From the NCBI GenBank assembly GCA_041737385.1, contig JBGSRU010000002.1:461437-525436 (forward strand): a stretch of 64,000 bases of DNA, in the 5' to 3' direction. The notes under the pieces are model-generated. The model ran no database searches. It saw nothing but the letters and a program-made list of their open reading frames with translations, and was not told where the DNA came from. A program made the translations under genes and the position numbers. The stretch comes from Candidatus Saccharimonadales bacterium (GTDB lineage Bacteria > Patescibacteriota > Saccharimonadia > Saccharimonadales > SZUA-47). Shown here one piece after another: positions 44,416 to 52,567 of this stretch (its first letter is position 1; the number at the start of each line of letters is the position of its first letter).

Positions 44416-44444
44416 GTATTATCATGTTAGTGCTTAAATGTCAA
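44416..44444 (-). promoter_or_regulatory. sigma70-type promoter of the 193-aa orphan gene
   Basis: Minus strand reads TTGACA (44444-44439), a 17-nt spacer, then TAATAC (44421-44416). The 15-mer TAACATTGACATTTA around the -35 is identical to the one in the Fic promoter (7006-7020). Confidence 0.5.
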
Positions 44445-44601
44445 TGTTAGTTTTTAGTTTAGCAGTTTTGCTACTCGTTCTGCTGTCAAAATGAGCAAAA
44501 AGAAAGATTCCTAAAAAGCATTGTTGTGCAACATTCTAATTGCACTAAAAAGATGCATGCTCTACCCTATTGCCCTCATCTCCTGTAAACTGTAGGTTGA
44601 T

Positions 44602-45651
44602 ATGAAAATTAATACATATAAAGATGAGTTAGCAGCACTCCAGACAAAACTTGAGGATTCTTCATATTATTCGTCTAAAGAATACCCTGCTACGGCTACC
44701 CGAATTGCTGAGCTTGAAGATGTTATCACTACTTATAATAAAATAACCAATTTAGAAAAATCCCTCAAGAGCGCAAAAGAACTTGCCAATGGCTCAGACG
44801 AACTAGCCGAACTTGCACAGATGGAAGTTGATGAATCTACAGCTAAACTTGCCATTCTACACAATAAACTAGAAGAACTTTTGATACCAAAAGACCCTAA
44901 CGCACACAAGAACTGTATTATTGAGATCCGTGCTGGTGCTGGTGGTGATGAAGCTTCCTTGTTTGCCGGCGAACTGTACCGTATGTATGTACGCCATGCC
45001 GAAATTACAAACTATAAAACAGCACTATTGTCTGACAGCCCATCTGAAGTCGGTGGATATAAAGAAGTAACTTTTCAAATAAACGGCTCTGGCGCATACG
45101 GTCATTTTCACCTTGAAGCAGGCGTTCACAGAGTGCAGCGTGTTCCTTCTACAGAATCTCAAGGCCGTGTACATACGTCTACTGTCACTGTAGCGGTACT
45201 TCCGGAGGCCGAAGAAACCGATATTGAGATAAAAGAGCATGAACTTCGTATAGACGTATATCGCGCAGGTGGCCACGGCGGCCAGTCTGTAAACACAACA
45301 GATTCGGCCGTCCGTATTACCCATATACCTACAGGTTTAGTTGTAACCAACCAAGACGAAAAATCTCAGATTAAAAATAAACTAAAAGCTATGAGCGTTC
45401 TCCGCTCTAGACTATTGCAACACCAAATAGACACAGAAAACGAAAAACTATCTGCTCAACGTAAAGCCCTCGTCGGTTCAGGTGATCGTTCAGAGAAAAT
45501 CCGTACCTATAACTTCCCGCAAGACCGAATTACCGATCACCGCATTGGCTATTCGCGCAGCAACATACCTGGAGCACTAGCAGGTAATATATCAGACCTA
45601 TTAGAAGAGCTCAAAAATGCCGAAGCCAACCTCCTAAAATCAGAAACTTAG
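44602..45651 (+). CDS. prfA: peptide chain release factor 1
   Basis: PxT-type tripeptide ([14 protein letters not shown]) and GGQ motif ([25 protein letters not shown]). Confidence 0.93.
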   Translation: MKINTYKDELAALQTKLEDSSYYSSKEYPATATRIAELEDVITTYNKITNLEKSLKSAKELANGSDELAELAQMEVDESTAKLAILHNKLEELLIPKDPNAHKNCIIEIRAGAGGDEASLFAGELYRMYVRHAEITNYKTALLSDSPSEVGGYKEVTFQINGSGAYGHFHLEAGVHRVQRVPSTESQGRVHTSTVTVAVLPEAEETDIEIKEHELRIDVYRAGGHGGQSVNTTDSAVRITHIPTGLVVTNQDEKSQIKNKLKAMSVLRSRLLQHQIDTENEKLSAQRKALVGSGDRSEKIRTYNFPQDRITDHRIGYSRSNIPGALAGNISDLLEELKNAEANLLKSET

Positions 45652-45662
45652 AAGATTTACAC

Positions 45663-46514
45663 ATGACAATTGAAGCATGGATACAAAAATCTAAGGTCCT
45701 ATTAACGGAAAAATTAGTTACCACCGCGCTACTAGACAGTGAGGTTTTACTCGCTGATATTCTTAAAAAGGATCGATCTTGGTTGCATAGCCACCCAGAA
45801 TATGTTCTGCAAAGGTCAGACCTTCGCATACTTGATGAGCAAATTACGAGGCGAGCCTTGCATGAACCTCTCGCGTATATTCGTGGCAAGCAGGAGTTTT
45901 ATGGCAGAGATTTTGTTGTTTCTAAACATACGCTGACTCCCCGTCCTGAAACCGAAATAATGGTAGAGATCTTTTTAGAGCTGACGAAAAGTGAGGCATT
46001 AAAGGAGAGTGAGAAACTACAAGTTCTAGACATAGGAACAGGTAGTGGGTGCGTTATAATTTCTGCATCCCTTGAGCTGACTCAAATCTCAAATCTCAAA
46101 TCTCAAATCTCATACCTAGGCCTAGATATTTCAATACTCGCTCTCGAAATAGCCAAAAAAAATGCACAGAAATTGAATGCAGACGTAGAGTTTATTCATT
46201 TCGACCTGATCAAAGATGATCTATCTTCAATCATTAAATATAAATCTTCAAATATCATCCTCGCTAATCTTCCCTACGTTCCCGATAATTTTGATATAAA
46301 CACTGCTGCAACTCATGAACCACCGTTTGCTATATTTGGTGGCGAAGACGGGCTTGATTTCTACAGATTACTATTTAGTAAACTTTCCGTCGCTACTAAG
46401 TATGTATTGACGGAAAGTTTGCCATTGCAGCACAAAGATTTGGCACTAATTGCAAAAGATGCTGGCTTTGCATTACAGACTACACAGGGCTTCATTCAGC
46501 TTTATACAAAATAA
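45663..46514 (+). CDS. prmC: release factor glutamine N5-methyltransferase PrmC/HemK
   Basis: Directly downstream of prfA. SAM motif VLDIGTGSGCVII and catalytic ANLPYVP (NPPY-type). Confidence 0.85.
   Translation: MTIEAWIQKSKVLLTEKLVTTALLDSEVLLADILKKDRSWLHSHPEYVLQRSDLRILDEQITRRALHEPLAYIRGKQEFYGRDFVVSKHTLTPRPETEIMVEIFLELTKSEALKESEKLQVLDIGTGSGCVIISASLELTQISNLKSQISYLGLDISILALEIAKKNAQKLNADVEFIHFDLIKDDLSSIIKYKSSNIILANLPYVPDNFDINTAATHEPPFAIFGGEDGLDFYRLLFSKLSVATKYVLTESLPLQHKDLALIAKDAGFALQTTQGFIQLYTK
46081..46112. repeat. heptanucleotide tandem repeat (CTCAAAT) x4.6 inside prmC
   Basis: ctcaaat ctcaaat ctcaaat ctcaaat ctca read directly from the sequence. Encodes TQISNLKSQIS between MTase motif I and the next strand. 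Confidence 0.95.
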
Positions 46515-46516
46515 AA

Positions 46517-47680
46517 CTATTGTTCTGGGGCTGCTTCTAGCGTTACCTGCAACGATTTCTCTTGTCCATCACGCTGCACTTTTATCTCTACGACGTTACC
46601 TACTCTTTTTTTACCGAGAATACTGACAACGCCATTTTTGTCGTCTAGTTTTATTCCATCGATTACTGTGATGACGTCTTCTGGAAGCAACCCTGCTTTT
46701 TCAGCTGGACTGTTTGGAATTATTGAAGGTCTTTGCGGAGATGATTCAGGAATATATGCACCCTGCTCTTGGCTTATTTCTAGTTGTGTTGCTATCTCGG
46801 GCGTGAGAGACACATACCGAACACCAAGGTACGGTCTTTCAAGCTTGCCTGTTTCTAAAACAATTTCTATGAGTATTTTCACGTCATTAATTGGAATTGC
46901 GAAGCTAATATTTTCAGCGCTCGCTGTTGCGACGTTGATACCAATGACTTCGCTTGCTGTATTAACAAGCGGACCGCCGGAATTACCGCCGTTTATTGCG
47001 GCATCTGTCTGAAATAAATTCTGTAATGTTTCAATGCCATTACCGTCTGATGCTTCAATATCACGACCAAAACCAGAAATTATTCCACTTGTGACCGTAT
47101 TGCTGAACTCACCGAGCGCATTACCAATTGCTATTACTTTATCGCCCACCTCAACTTCGTCAGAGTTGCCTAGTTTAATTGGCTTTATGTCAAGTCCTGA
47201 GGGATCTTTGATCTTCAGAAATGCAATGTCTAATGGGTCGCTAGTATTAGTGCGGCCAACTACTTCTACATCTTCTACAACTGTTCCGTCTGATAGTGTA
47301 ACGCTCACACTAGTTGTATCTGTTGGGACGACGTGACGGTTCGTAATAATGAGACCACTCTCGCTGATCACAAATCCAGTACCAGCTGCCTGTGTCTCGC
47401 GCTGCTGTCCAAACCCAAAGAAATCAGTCGTGGTTGATGTTCCTTTGACATTTACTGATACAACACTCGTATTAACGTCTTTAACAATAGTATTAATTAA
47501 ATTCCCTTCACTGTCTATAATCTCGCGCTGTACTTTGATGTCATTACTAGAATCTATCACGTTGGTTTGAGCGCCAAAATATCCACCGAAGAATCCTGAA
47601 GCGATTGCAACCATACCAAACGCAATTAGCCTGGATAATTCACTGCTCGCTTTTTTTGTAGATTTTGCCACCTTTTTCAT
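46517..47680 (-). CDS. htrA: HtrA/DegP-family serine protease with PDZ domain
   Basis: N-terminal TM anchor, trypsin-like fold with GNSGGPLVN (Ser nucleophile) and a C-terminal PDZ (PAEKAGLLPEDVITVIDG). Confidence 0.88.
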   Translation of the reverse strand: MKKVAKSTKKASSELSRLIAFGMVAIASGFFGGYFGAQTNVIDSSNDIKVQREIIDSEGNLINTIVKDVNTSVVSVNVKGTSTTTDFFGFGQQRETQAAGTGFVISESGLIITNRHVVPTDTTSVSVTLSDGTVVEDVEVVGRTNTSDPLDIAFLKIKDPSGLDIKPIKLGNSDEVEVGDKVIAIGNALGEFSNTVTSGIISGFGRDIEASDGNGIETLQNLFQTDAAINGGNSGGPLVNTASEVIGINVATASAENISFAIPINDVKILIEIVLETGKLERPYLGVRYVSLTPEIATQLEISQEQGAYIPESSPQRPSIIPNSPAEKAGLLPEDVITVIDGIKLDDKNGVVSILGKKRVGNVVEIKVQRDGQEKSLQVTLEAAPEQ

Positions 47681-47687
47681 ACCTTTC

Positions 47688-48440
47688 TTAAATTATGTCT
47701 CCGCTCCAGTCAGAAAAAACAAGGATAAACATGACTATGGCTACCATAACCATGACAAACTGGCGACGAACACCCTTACTTAATTTGTCGGTGTGCTGTA
47801 AATAATATAGTGCAGCCATGCTATAGCCTATCACCGTAATTATGAGAGCAGGCTGAGCAATAAACTTATAGTACAGAAGCCAGTGCGTAGCAAGCCATGT
47901 CAGGGCTGCACTGAAAAAGGCCCAGACATAGGCACTCGCTCGTGCCATCGACTCATCAAAAGCAGCAAGAAAGTGGCGAGCACATAAATAGGTTATTCCC
48001 CAAACGGCAAAAGTTAAAAGCGTTTCACTTGACTCGTTCCACACAAGGAAAATAGCGATCAAACTCAGTGTTTGCGCAATCAGCGCCTGCACGCCAATCC
48101 ATAAACTCGTAGATTGTCGCTTGATAAACAAGAGCCAGCCAATATATGCGAGCACCCACCCAGCTTGGAATAGCTGTACTTGTGTTAATGACATGAAAAC
48201 TACAACTGATAACCCGACGAGAATATCTACTGCGTTAGCACGGATGTTAGCAGGCCAGTGTCTAAACTTAACCGCAAAGATACGCCACTTACTAAGTAAA
48301 ATCACCGCAAATGCGAATGCAACAAACTCTAATCTTACGAGGGCAAACAGGAGTAACGGCATGAATACCACAAATAAATTGTGGAAAATTGAAGCGAAGC
48401 TTCCCTTGGGTTTAGTTTGACGTGGTTTTAAAAGCCTCAT
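47688..48440 (-). CDS. hypothetical multi-pass membrane protein
   Basis: 250-aa ORF with about 7 hydrophobic segments. Start uncertain (overlaps the LCP gene stop by 29 nt; an internal Met is possible). Confidence 0.5.
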   Translation of the reverse strand: MRLLKPRQTKPKGSFASIFHNLFVVFMPLLLFALVRLEFVAFAFAVILLSKWRIFAVKFRHWPANIRANAVDILVGLSVVVFMSLTQVQLFQAGWVLAYIGWLLFIKRQSTSLWIGVQALIAQTLSLIAIFLVWNESSETLLTFAVWGITYLCARHFLAAFDESMARASAYVWAFFSAALTWLATHWLLYYKFIAQPALIITVIGYSMAALYYLQHTDKLSKGVRRQFVMVMVAIVMFILVFSDWSGDII

Positions 48441-50121
48441 TGCTACCTAGTATTATAACAAAGTCAGCAGTCTCATTTGTCGGTAGTCCAGTAATAACTT
48501 TAGAAGATTTTGTAAGCCCCAATCTCTTTTCTAGATAACTCGCTGTATAAGGGTTGGCGCCGTTACTTAGATCGATCATTTCTGATTCAACATAATTATC
48601 AGTTGGAGCGTTGTCGACGCCGACTACATTATAGCCGTACGATCTAAGCTCTATCTCTCTGGCAGTTGCGAGACCTGGAGTTGATGTGCCGTTCAGAATC
48701 AATACTCTTGCATCTTCTTGACGCAAAAACGCGTCCCGAAGAGTGTTTCTGACATATGAACGTATATCTTCGTACTGATATAGACCAGCCACAGGTAGTA
48801 CTACAGATTGGTTTGCATAAAAATCAGTTGTTACTAAGATATTTGGAGGATCTGCAAGCCCAACTGACACAAACTTGTCTGGCCCTATTTCTTGACCAAT
48901 CTCGTATAAACGCTTTAGCTCTCCAGTACCATTCAAATCTGTTCGAACATTGTTACCAAGAGAGGTGACGAGTTCGACAATTTTGAACGGGTTTGAAAAA
49001 GTACCAACACTAAGTGCTTTCTGCTGCAGGGCAAGAATTACTTCTCGTTGACGTTCTGTTCTATCGAAATCACCTCTGGCACTTCCATACCTAGATCGTG
49101 AATATAATAGTGCTCTATAGCCGTTGAAGCTCTGGAGGCCTTCGTCTGCAAGCAATGCACTGCCATTATTCAAGTGGGCCATAGTGCCATCATATAACGG
49201 TTCTTTGACATCAATTGTAATGCCGCCAACAGTGTCTATTGACTCTTGGAACGCTTTAAAATCAACCATAATATAGTAGTGCACCGGTACACCCAGTACA
49301 TCACTAACTGTTTGCTTGAGCGCTTTAAGACCTACATCTTCTGCAGTTTGTAGTTCACTATCAGAATCACCTGTTTGGCTAATCTTGTTCTGTTTTGCGT
49401 TGGAGTATACTGCGTTGATTTTTGATGCATTACCGTTTGGATCTTTTACATATAAATCTCGTGGAATACTCAGAAGCGCGGCTTCGTTCTGTACAGGATC
49501 AATACTCGCAACTAGAATCGTATCCGTTAGATCAGGTGCGGTTTGCCCAGGACCACCTTTTCCGAGCAGGAGAATATTCACGCGGCCGTCACCTTCACCG
49601 TTCAGTCTAGACGGATCGACATTATTCTGTAATGCAGCTGCTCCTTCGCCATTTCCTCGGAAAATCTGTCGAGTCTTCAGGTAGCTGTAGCCTAGTATTG
49701 ATCCGGCACCAATAAGAAGCACCAAAGAGAACACACCAAATCCTCTTGCAAGTCTTCTGATTGGGCCTTTCTTATGTTTCTTTGAATGCTTAGAATTTCT
49801 TCGAAGACTAAAACGGCGTTTTTTATGGTGATTATTTTCGTCACCCAGCTGAAGATCAAACAGTGCTTTTGCATTGCCTCTATAGCCGTTGCTTTGACTT
49901 GAGTCATATGTTTTTACTGTTTCAAAAGAGCCATTTTTTGGAGTAAAACCTTCTTGCCCTTTTAAACTTTCGTTAAGTGGGCGTGTTGTCTCGGGCCGAT
50001 AGTTCTGCCTGAAACGTTTACGGACATCTTCACCCTTGTCTAGATTATTCGTAGAAGGCAAAAAACCATCAATAGATGATGCTGGCTTCTTTCGTTTTGG
50101 GTTATGTTTAAATTCATTCAT
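48412..50121 (-). CDS. LytR-CpsA-Psr (LCP) family cell-envelope phosphotransferase
   Basis: Cytoplasmic basic N-terminus, one TM, LCP core RVNILLLGKG...DTILVASIDPVQNEAALLSIPRDLYV and a LytR_C-like C-terminal domain. Confidence 0.85.
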   Translation of the reverse strand: MNEFKHNPKRKKPASSIDGFLPSTNNLDKGEDVRKRFRQNYRPETTRPLNESLKGQEGFTPKNGSFETVKTYDSSQSNGYRGNAKALFDLQLGDENNHHKKRRFSLRRNSKHSKKHKKGPIRRLARGFGVFSLVLLIGAGSILGYSYLKTRQIFRGNGEGAAALQNNVDPSRLNGEGDGRVNILLLGKGGPGQTAPDLTDTILVASIDPVQNEAALLSIPRDLYVKDPNGNASKINAVYSNAKQNKISQTGDSDSELQTAEDVGLKALKQTVSDVLGVPVHYYIMVDFKAFQESIDTVGGITIDVKEPLYDGTMAHLNNGSALLADEGLQSFNGYRALLYSRSRYGSARGDFDRTERQREVILALQQKALSVGTFSNPFKIVELVTSLGNNVRTDLNGTGELKRLYEIGQEIGPDKFVSVGLADPPNILVTTDFYANQSVVLPVAGLYQYEDIRSYVRNTLRDAFLRQEDARVLILNGTSTPGLATAREIELRSYGYNVVGVDNAPTDNYVESEMIDLSNGANPYTASYLEKRLGLTKSSKVITGLPTNETADFVIILGSNEAFKTTSN

Positions 50122-50231
50122 AGGTTCAAGATACTATTATATCTTTTTTAAGTGATTTAGTAACATTGTTTTTGTCTAATTACATATAAATCTTTCGTAA
50201 TTACAGTCTACATTACTGTATAGTTTGCAAC

Positions 50232-50876
50232 ATGGATTTACAACAGTCTGAACCAACACAACCAAGTAATTTGCCGTCAAGTAGTCCGAGGTTTGATTCA
50301 TTTCGGCGACGAGCACGAGGTGTATCTGGCACTATTCTATTACTTGTCGCTGCACCGCTACTCGCACTCTTTCTTACTGCCCATGTGTTTCAGCCTTACG
50401 AAGTGGATGGTCAGAGTATGGAGACGACACTTCAAAACACTGATAGGCTCATAGTTTTTAAACTACCTAAAACGATTTCAAATATATTCAGTGGTGACTA
50501 CGCACCCGCTAGACACGACATCATTGTCTTTGATCGACCTAAACAGCTTAGCGCACCGGAGAGTACACAACATCTCATTAAAAGAGTTATAGCCCTACCT
50601 GGTGAGCGGGTCGTTGTTAAAGACGGTCGAGTCACGGTATACAACGAAGCCAACCCTTCCGGTTTTGATCCAGATAAAGGACAAGAGTACTCTAATGATA
50701 TCGTCTCGACGCGTGGTAATGTTGATATTACCGTTGGCAAAAACGAGTTTTTCGTACTTGGCGACAATAGAGACAACTCAAGTGACTCACGAATATTCGG
50801 TACTATACAAAATAGCATTATTGTTGGACAAGCCACCCTACGATTCATACCTATCAACAGTATGCAGCGTTTATAG
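50232..50876 (+). CDS. lepB: signal peptidase I
   Basis: TM anchor, Ser box VDGQSMETTL, Lys box KRVIALPGE and GDNRDNSSDSR. Confidence 0.88.
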   Translation: MDLQQSEPTQPSNLPSSSPRFDSFRRRARGVSGTILLLVAAPLLALFLTAHVFQPYEVDGQSMETTLQNTDRLIVFKLPKTISNIFSGDYAPARHDIIVFDRPKQLSAPESTQHLIKRVIALPGERVVVKDGRVTVYNEANPSGFDPDKGQEYSNDIVSTRGNVDITVGKNEFFVLGDNRDNSSDSRIFGTIQNSIIVGQATLRFIPINSMQRL

Positions 50877-50899
50877 CTCGACTACTTACGATAAGCTAC

Positions 50900-51763
50900 T
50901 CAAGATTCTAATGTGTTCAAGAAAGTATCTAATTCCGCTTCATTTTTATATTCAAAAGTAACTACTCCACCTTGTTTTCTGTGTTTGATCTTTATGTGTA
51001 TACCTTTGTTTTTAAGTGTATTTAACTTCTTAGATTGTAAGCTAGAAAGTGAATACTTTTTTTGTTCATAGCTAGAATTGTTTGCATCTTTTTGTCTTTG
51101 AACAAAAGCTTCTGCTTCACGCACTGACAAGGATTTATCCATGATTTCTTTTAATAATTCTTCTTGGATTTCTGGGTTATTTTTCAGTGATAGAATACTG
51201 CGAGCATGCCCTTCTGATATTTTATTTTGCTGTAGCGCTTTTATTGCACTTTCCGGAAGCTGTAGTAAGCGAATAATATTACTAACTGTGGTTTCTGCCT
51301 TGCCTAATTTCTTCGATATATCCTTTGGAGTTAATGAGAATTGATCACGCAAACGTACAATCGAAACTGCAGTTTCTAGTGGGCTCAAGTCAACTCTTTG
51401 TACATTCTCTACAAGAGCAATTTCCAGTTCTTCAAGCTCTCTATGATTTCGGATAATAACTGGCACTTCTTTTAAAGCAGCTATCTGTGCTGCGCGAAAG
51501 CGACGCTCACCCGCAACGATTCGATAGCTCCCGTTGTGCGATGATGTTGCAACAAGTGGCTGTATGATTCCGTGCTGCTTTATTGAAGAAGCGAGTTCTT
51601 CAAGTGAGCGTTGATCAAACGATTTTCTGGGTTGATCTGGATTTGCAACAAGCTTTTCAAGCGGAAGCAACTTAATCTGCTCATTCGTCCCGGTAACGTC
51701 AGTAACTGCGAAACCAGTTGGTATCAATCCCTCAAAACCTTTTCCGAGAGCTTGTTTACTCAT
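50900..51763 (-). CDS. parB: chromosome partitioning protein ParB
   Basis: ParB box IVAGERRFRAA and HTH region. Start placed at ATG 51763 (MSKQALGKGFEGLIP), an ATGA overlap with the parA stop. Confidence 0.9.
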   Translation of the reverse strand: MSKQALGKGFEGLIPTGFAVTDVTGTNEQIKLLPLEKLVANPDQPRKSFDQRSLEELASSIKQHGIIQPLVATSSHNGSYRIVAGERRFRAAQIAALKEVPVIIRNHRELEELEIALVENVQRVDLSPLETAVSIVRLRDQFSLTPKDISKKLGKAETTVSNIIRLLQLPESAIKALQQNKISEGHARSILSLKNNPEIQEELLKEIMDKSLSVREAEAFVQRQKDANNSSYEQKKYSLSSLQSKKLNTLKNKGIHIKIKHRKQGGVVTFEYKNEAELDTFLNTLES

Positions 51764-52512
51764 TTCTGTACCATCTCTTTCACAAGTGCTTTGTAGGCTC
51801 TTGCACCTTTTGACCATTTGTCGTGTTCAAAAATAGTTTTACCGAAGCTTGGTGATTCTGCGAGTCGCACATTACGGGGAATTTGTGTTTGATAAACGTA
51901 GTCACCAAAATGCTTTTTCACTTCGTCTATTACTTGACTCGACAATACGTTCCGAGTGTCAACCATTGTCATGACAATTCCTTCAAGTTGTAAGCTTGGG
52001 TTTAAACCAGCCTGAATACGTTGAATTGTTTGCATCAATAGCCCAAGTCCTTCAAGCGCGTAAAATTCTGTTTGTACAGGTATCAACACACTATCTGCAG
52101 CAACCAATGCGTTTATTGATAGCAAGCCTAATGAAGGAGGACAATCTATCAACACTACTTCAAATGCAAGATGTTGGAGTGCGTTTTTTAATACAGTTTC
52201 TCTCGATAATACTGAAACAAGTTCTTGTTCAGCCGCTGCCAGTGATGTAGAAGCTGGGAGCACAAATAACCCATCAACGTGAGTTTCCTCCACTACTTCT
52301 CCGATGGACTGTCCGTCAACTAGGACTTCATATACTGAGCTCTCTAGTCTAGTTTTATCAATCCCTAGCCCGCTCGTTGCGTTTGCTTGTGGATCTAAAT
52401 CAATCACAAGTACTGATCTACCAGATTTTGCCATAGCAGCTGCAACGTTAATAGTAGTAGTCGTTTTACCGACACCACCCTTCTGATTTAAAACTGCAAT
52501 GATTTTACCCAA
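51760..52512 (-). CDS. parA: chromosome partitioning ATPase ParA/Soj
   Basis: Deviant Walker A NQKGGVGKTTTTINVA and DLDPQANAT. 250 aa. Confidence 0.93.
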   Translation of the reverse strand: MGKIIAVLNQKGGVGKTTTTINVAAAMAKSGRSVLVIDLDPQANATSGLGIDKTRLESSVYEVLVDGQSIGEVVEETHVDGLFVLPASTSLAAAEQELVSVLSRETVLKNALQHLAFEVVLIDCPPSLGLLSINALVAADSVLIPVQTEFYALEGLGLLMQTIQRIQAGLNPSLQLEGIVMTMVDTRNVLSSQVIDEVKKHFGDYVYQTQIPRNVRLAESPSFGKTIFEHDKWSKGARAYKALVKEMVQK

Positions 52513-52567
52513 CTATTTTACCCCTGTAAGTTATAGCTATAATAACACAAATACACACCAGAATTGG

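Noticed and set aside
50900-52567. parS centromere site near parAB
   Set aside because: No match or near-match to TGTTTCACGTGAAACA was found. The closest strings (for example tgtttcacctgac near 29031) sit inside coding regions and are not palindromic.
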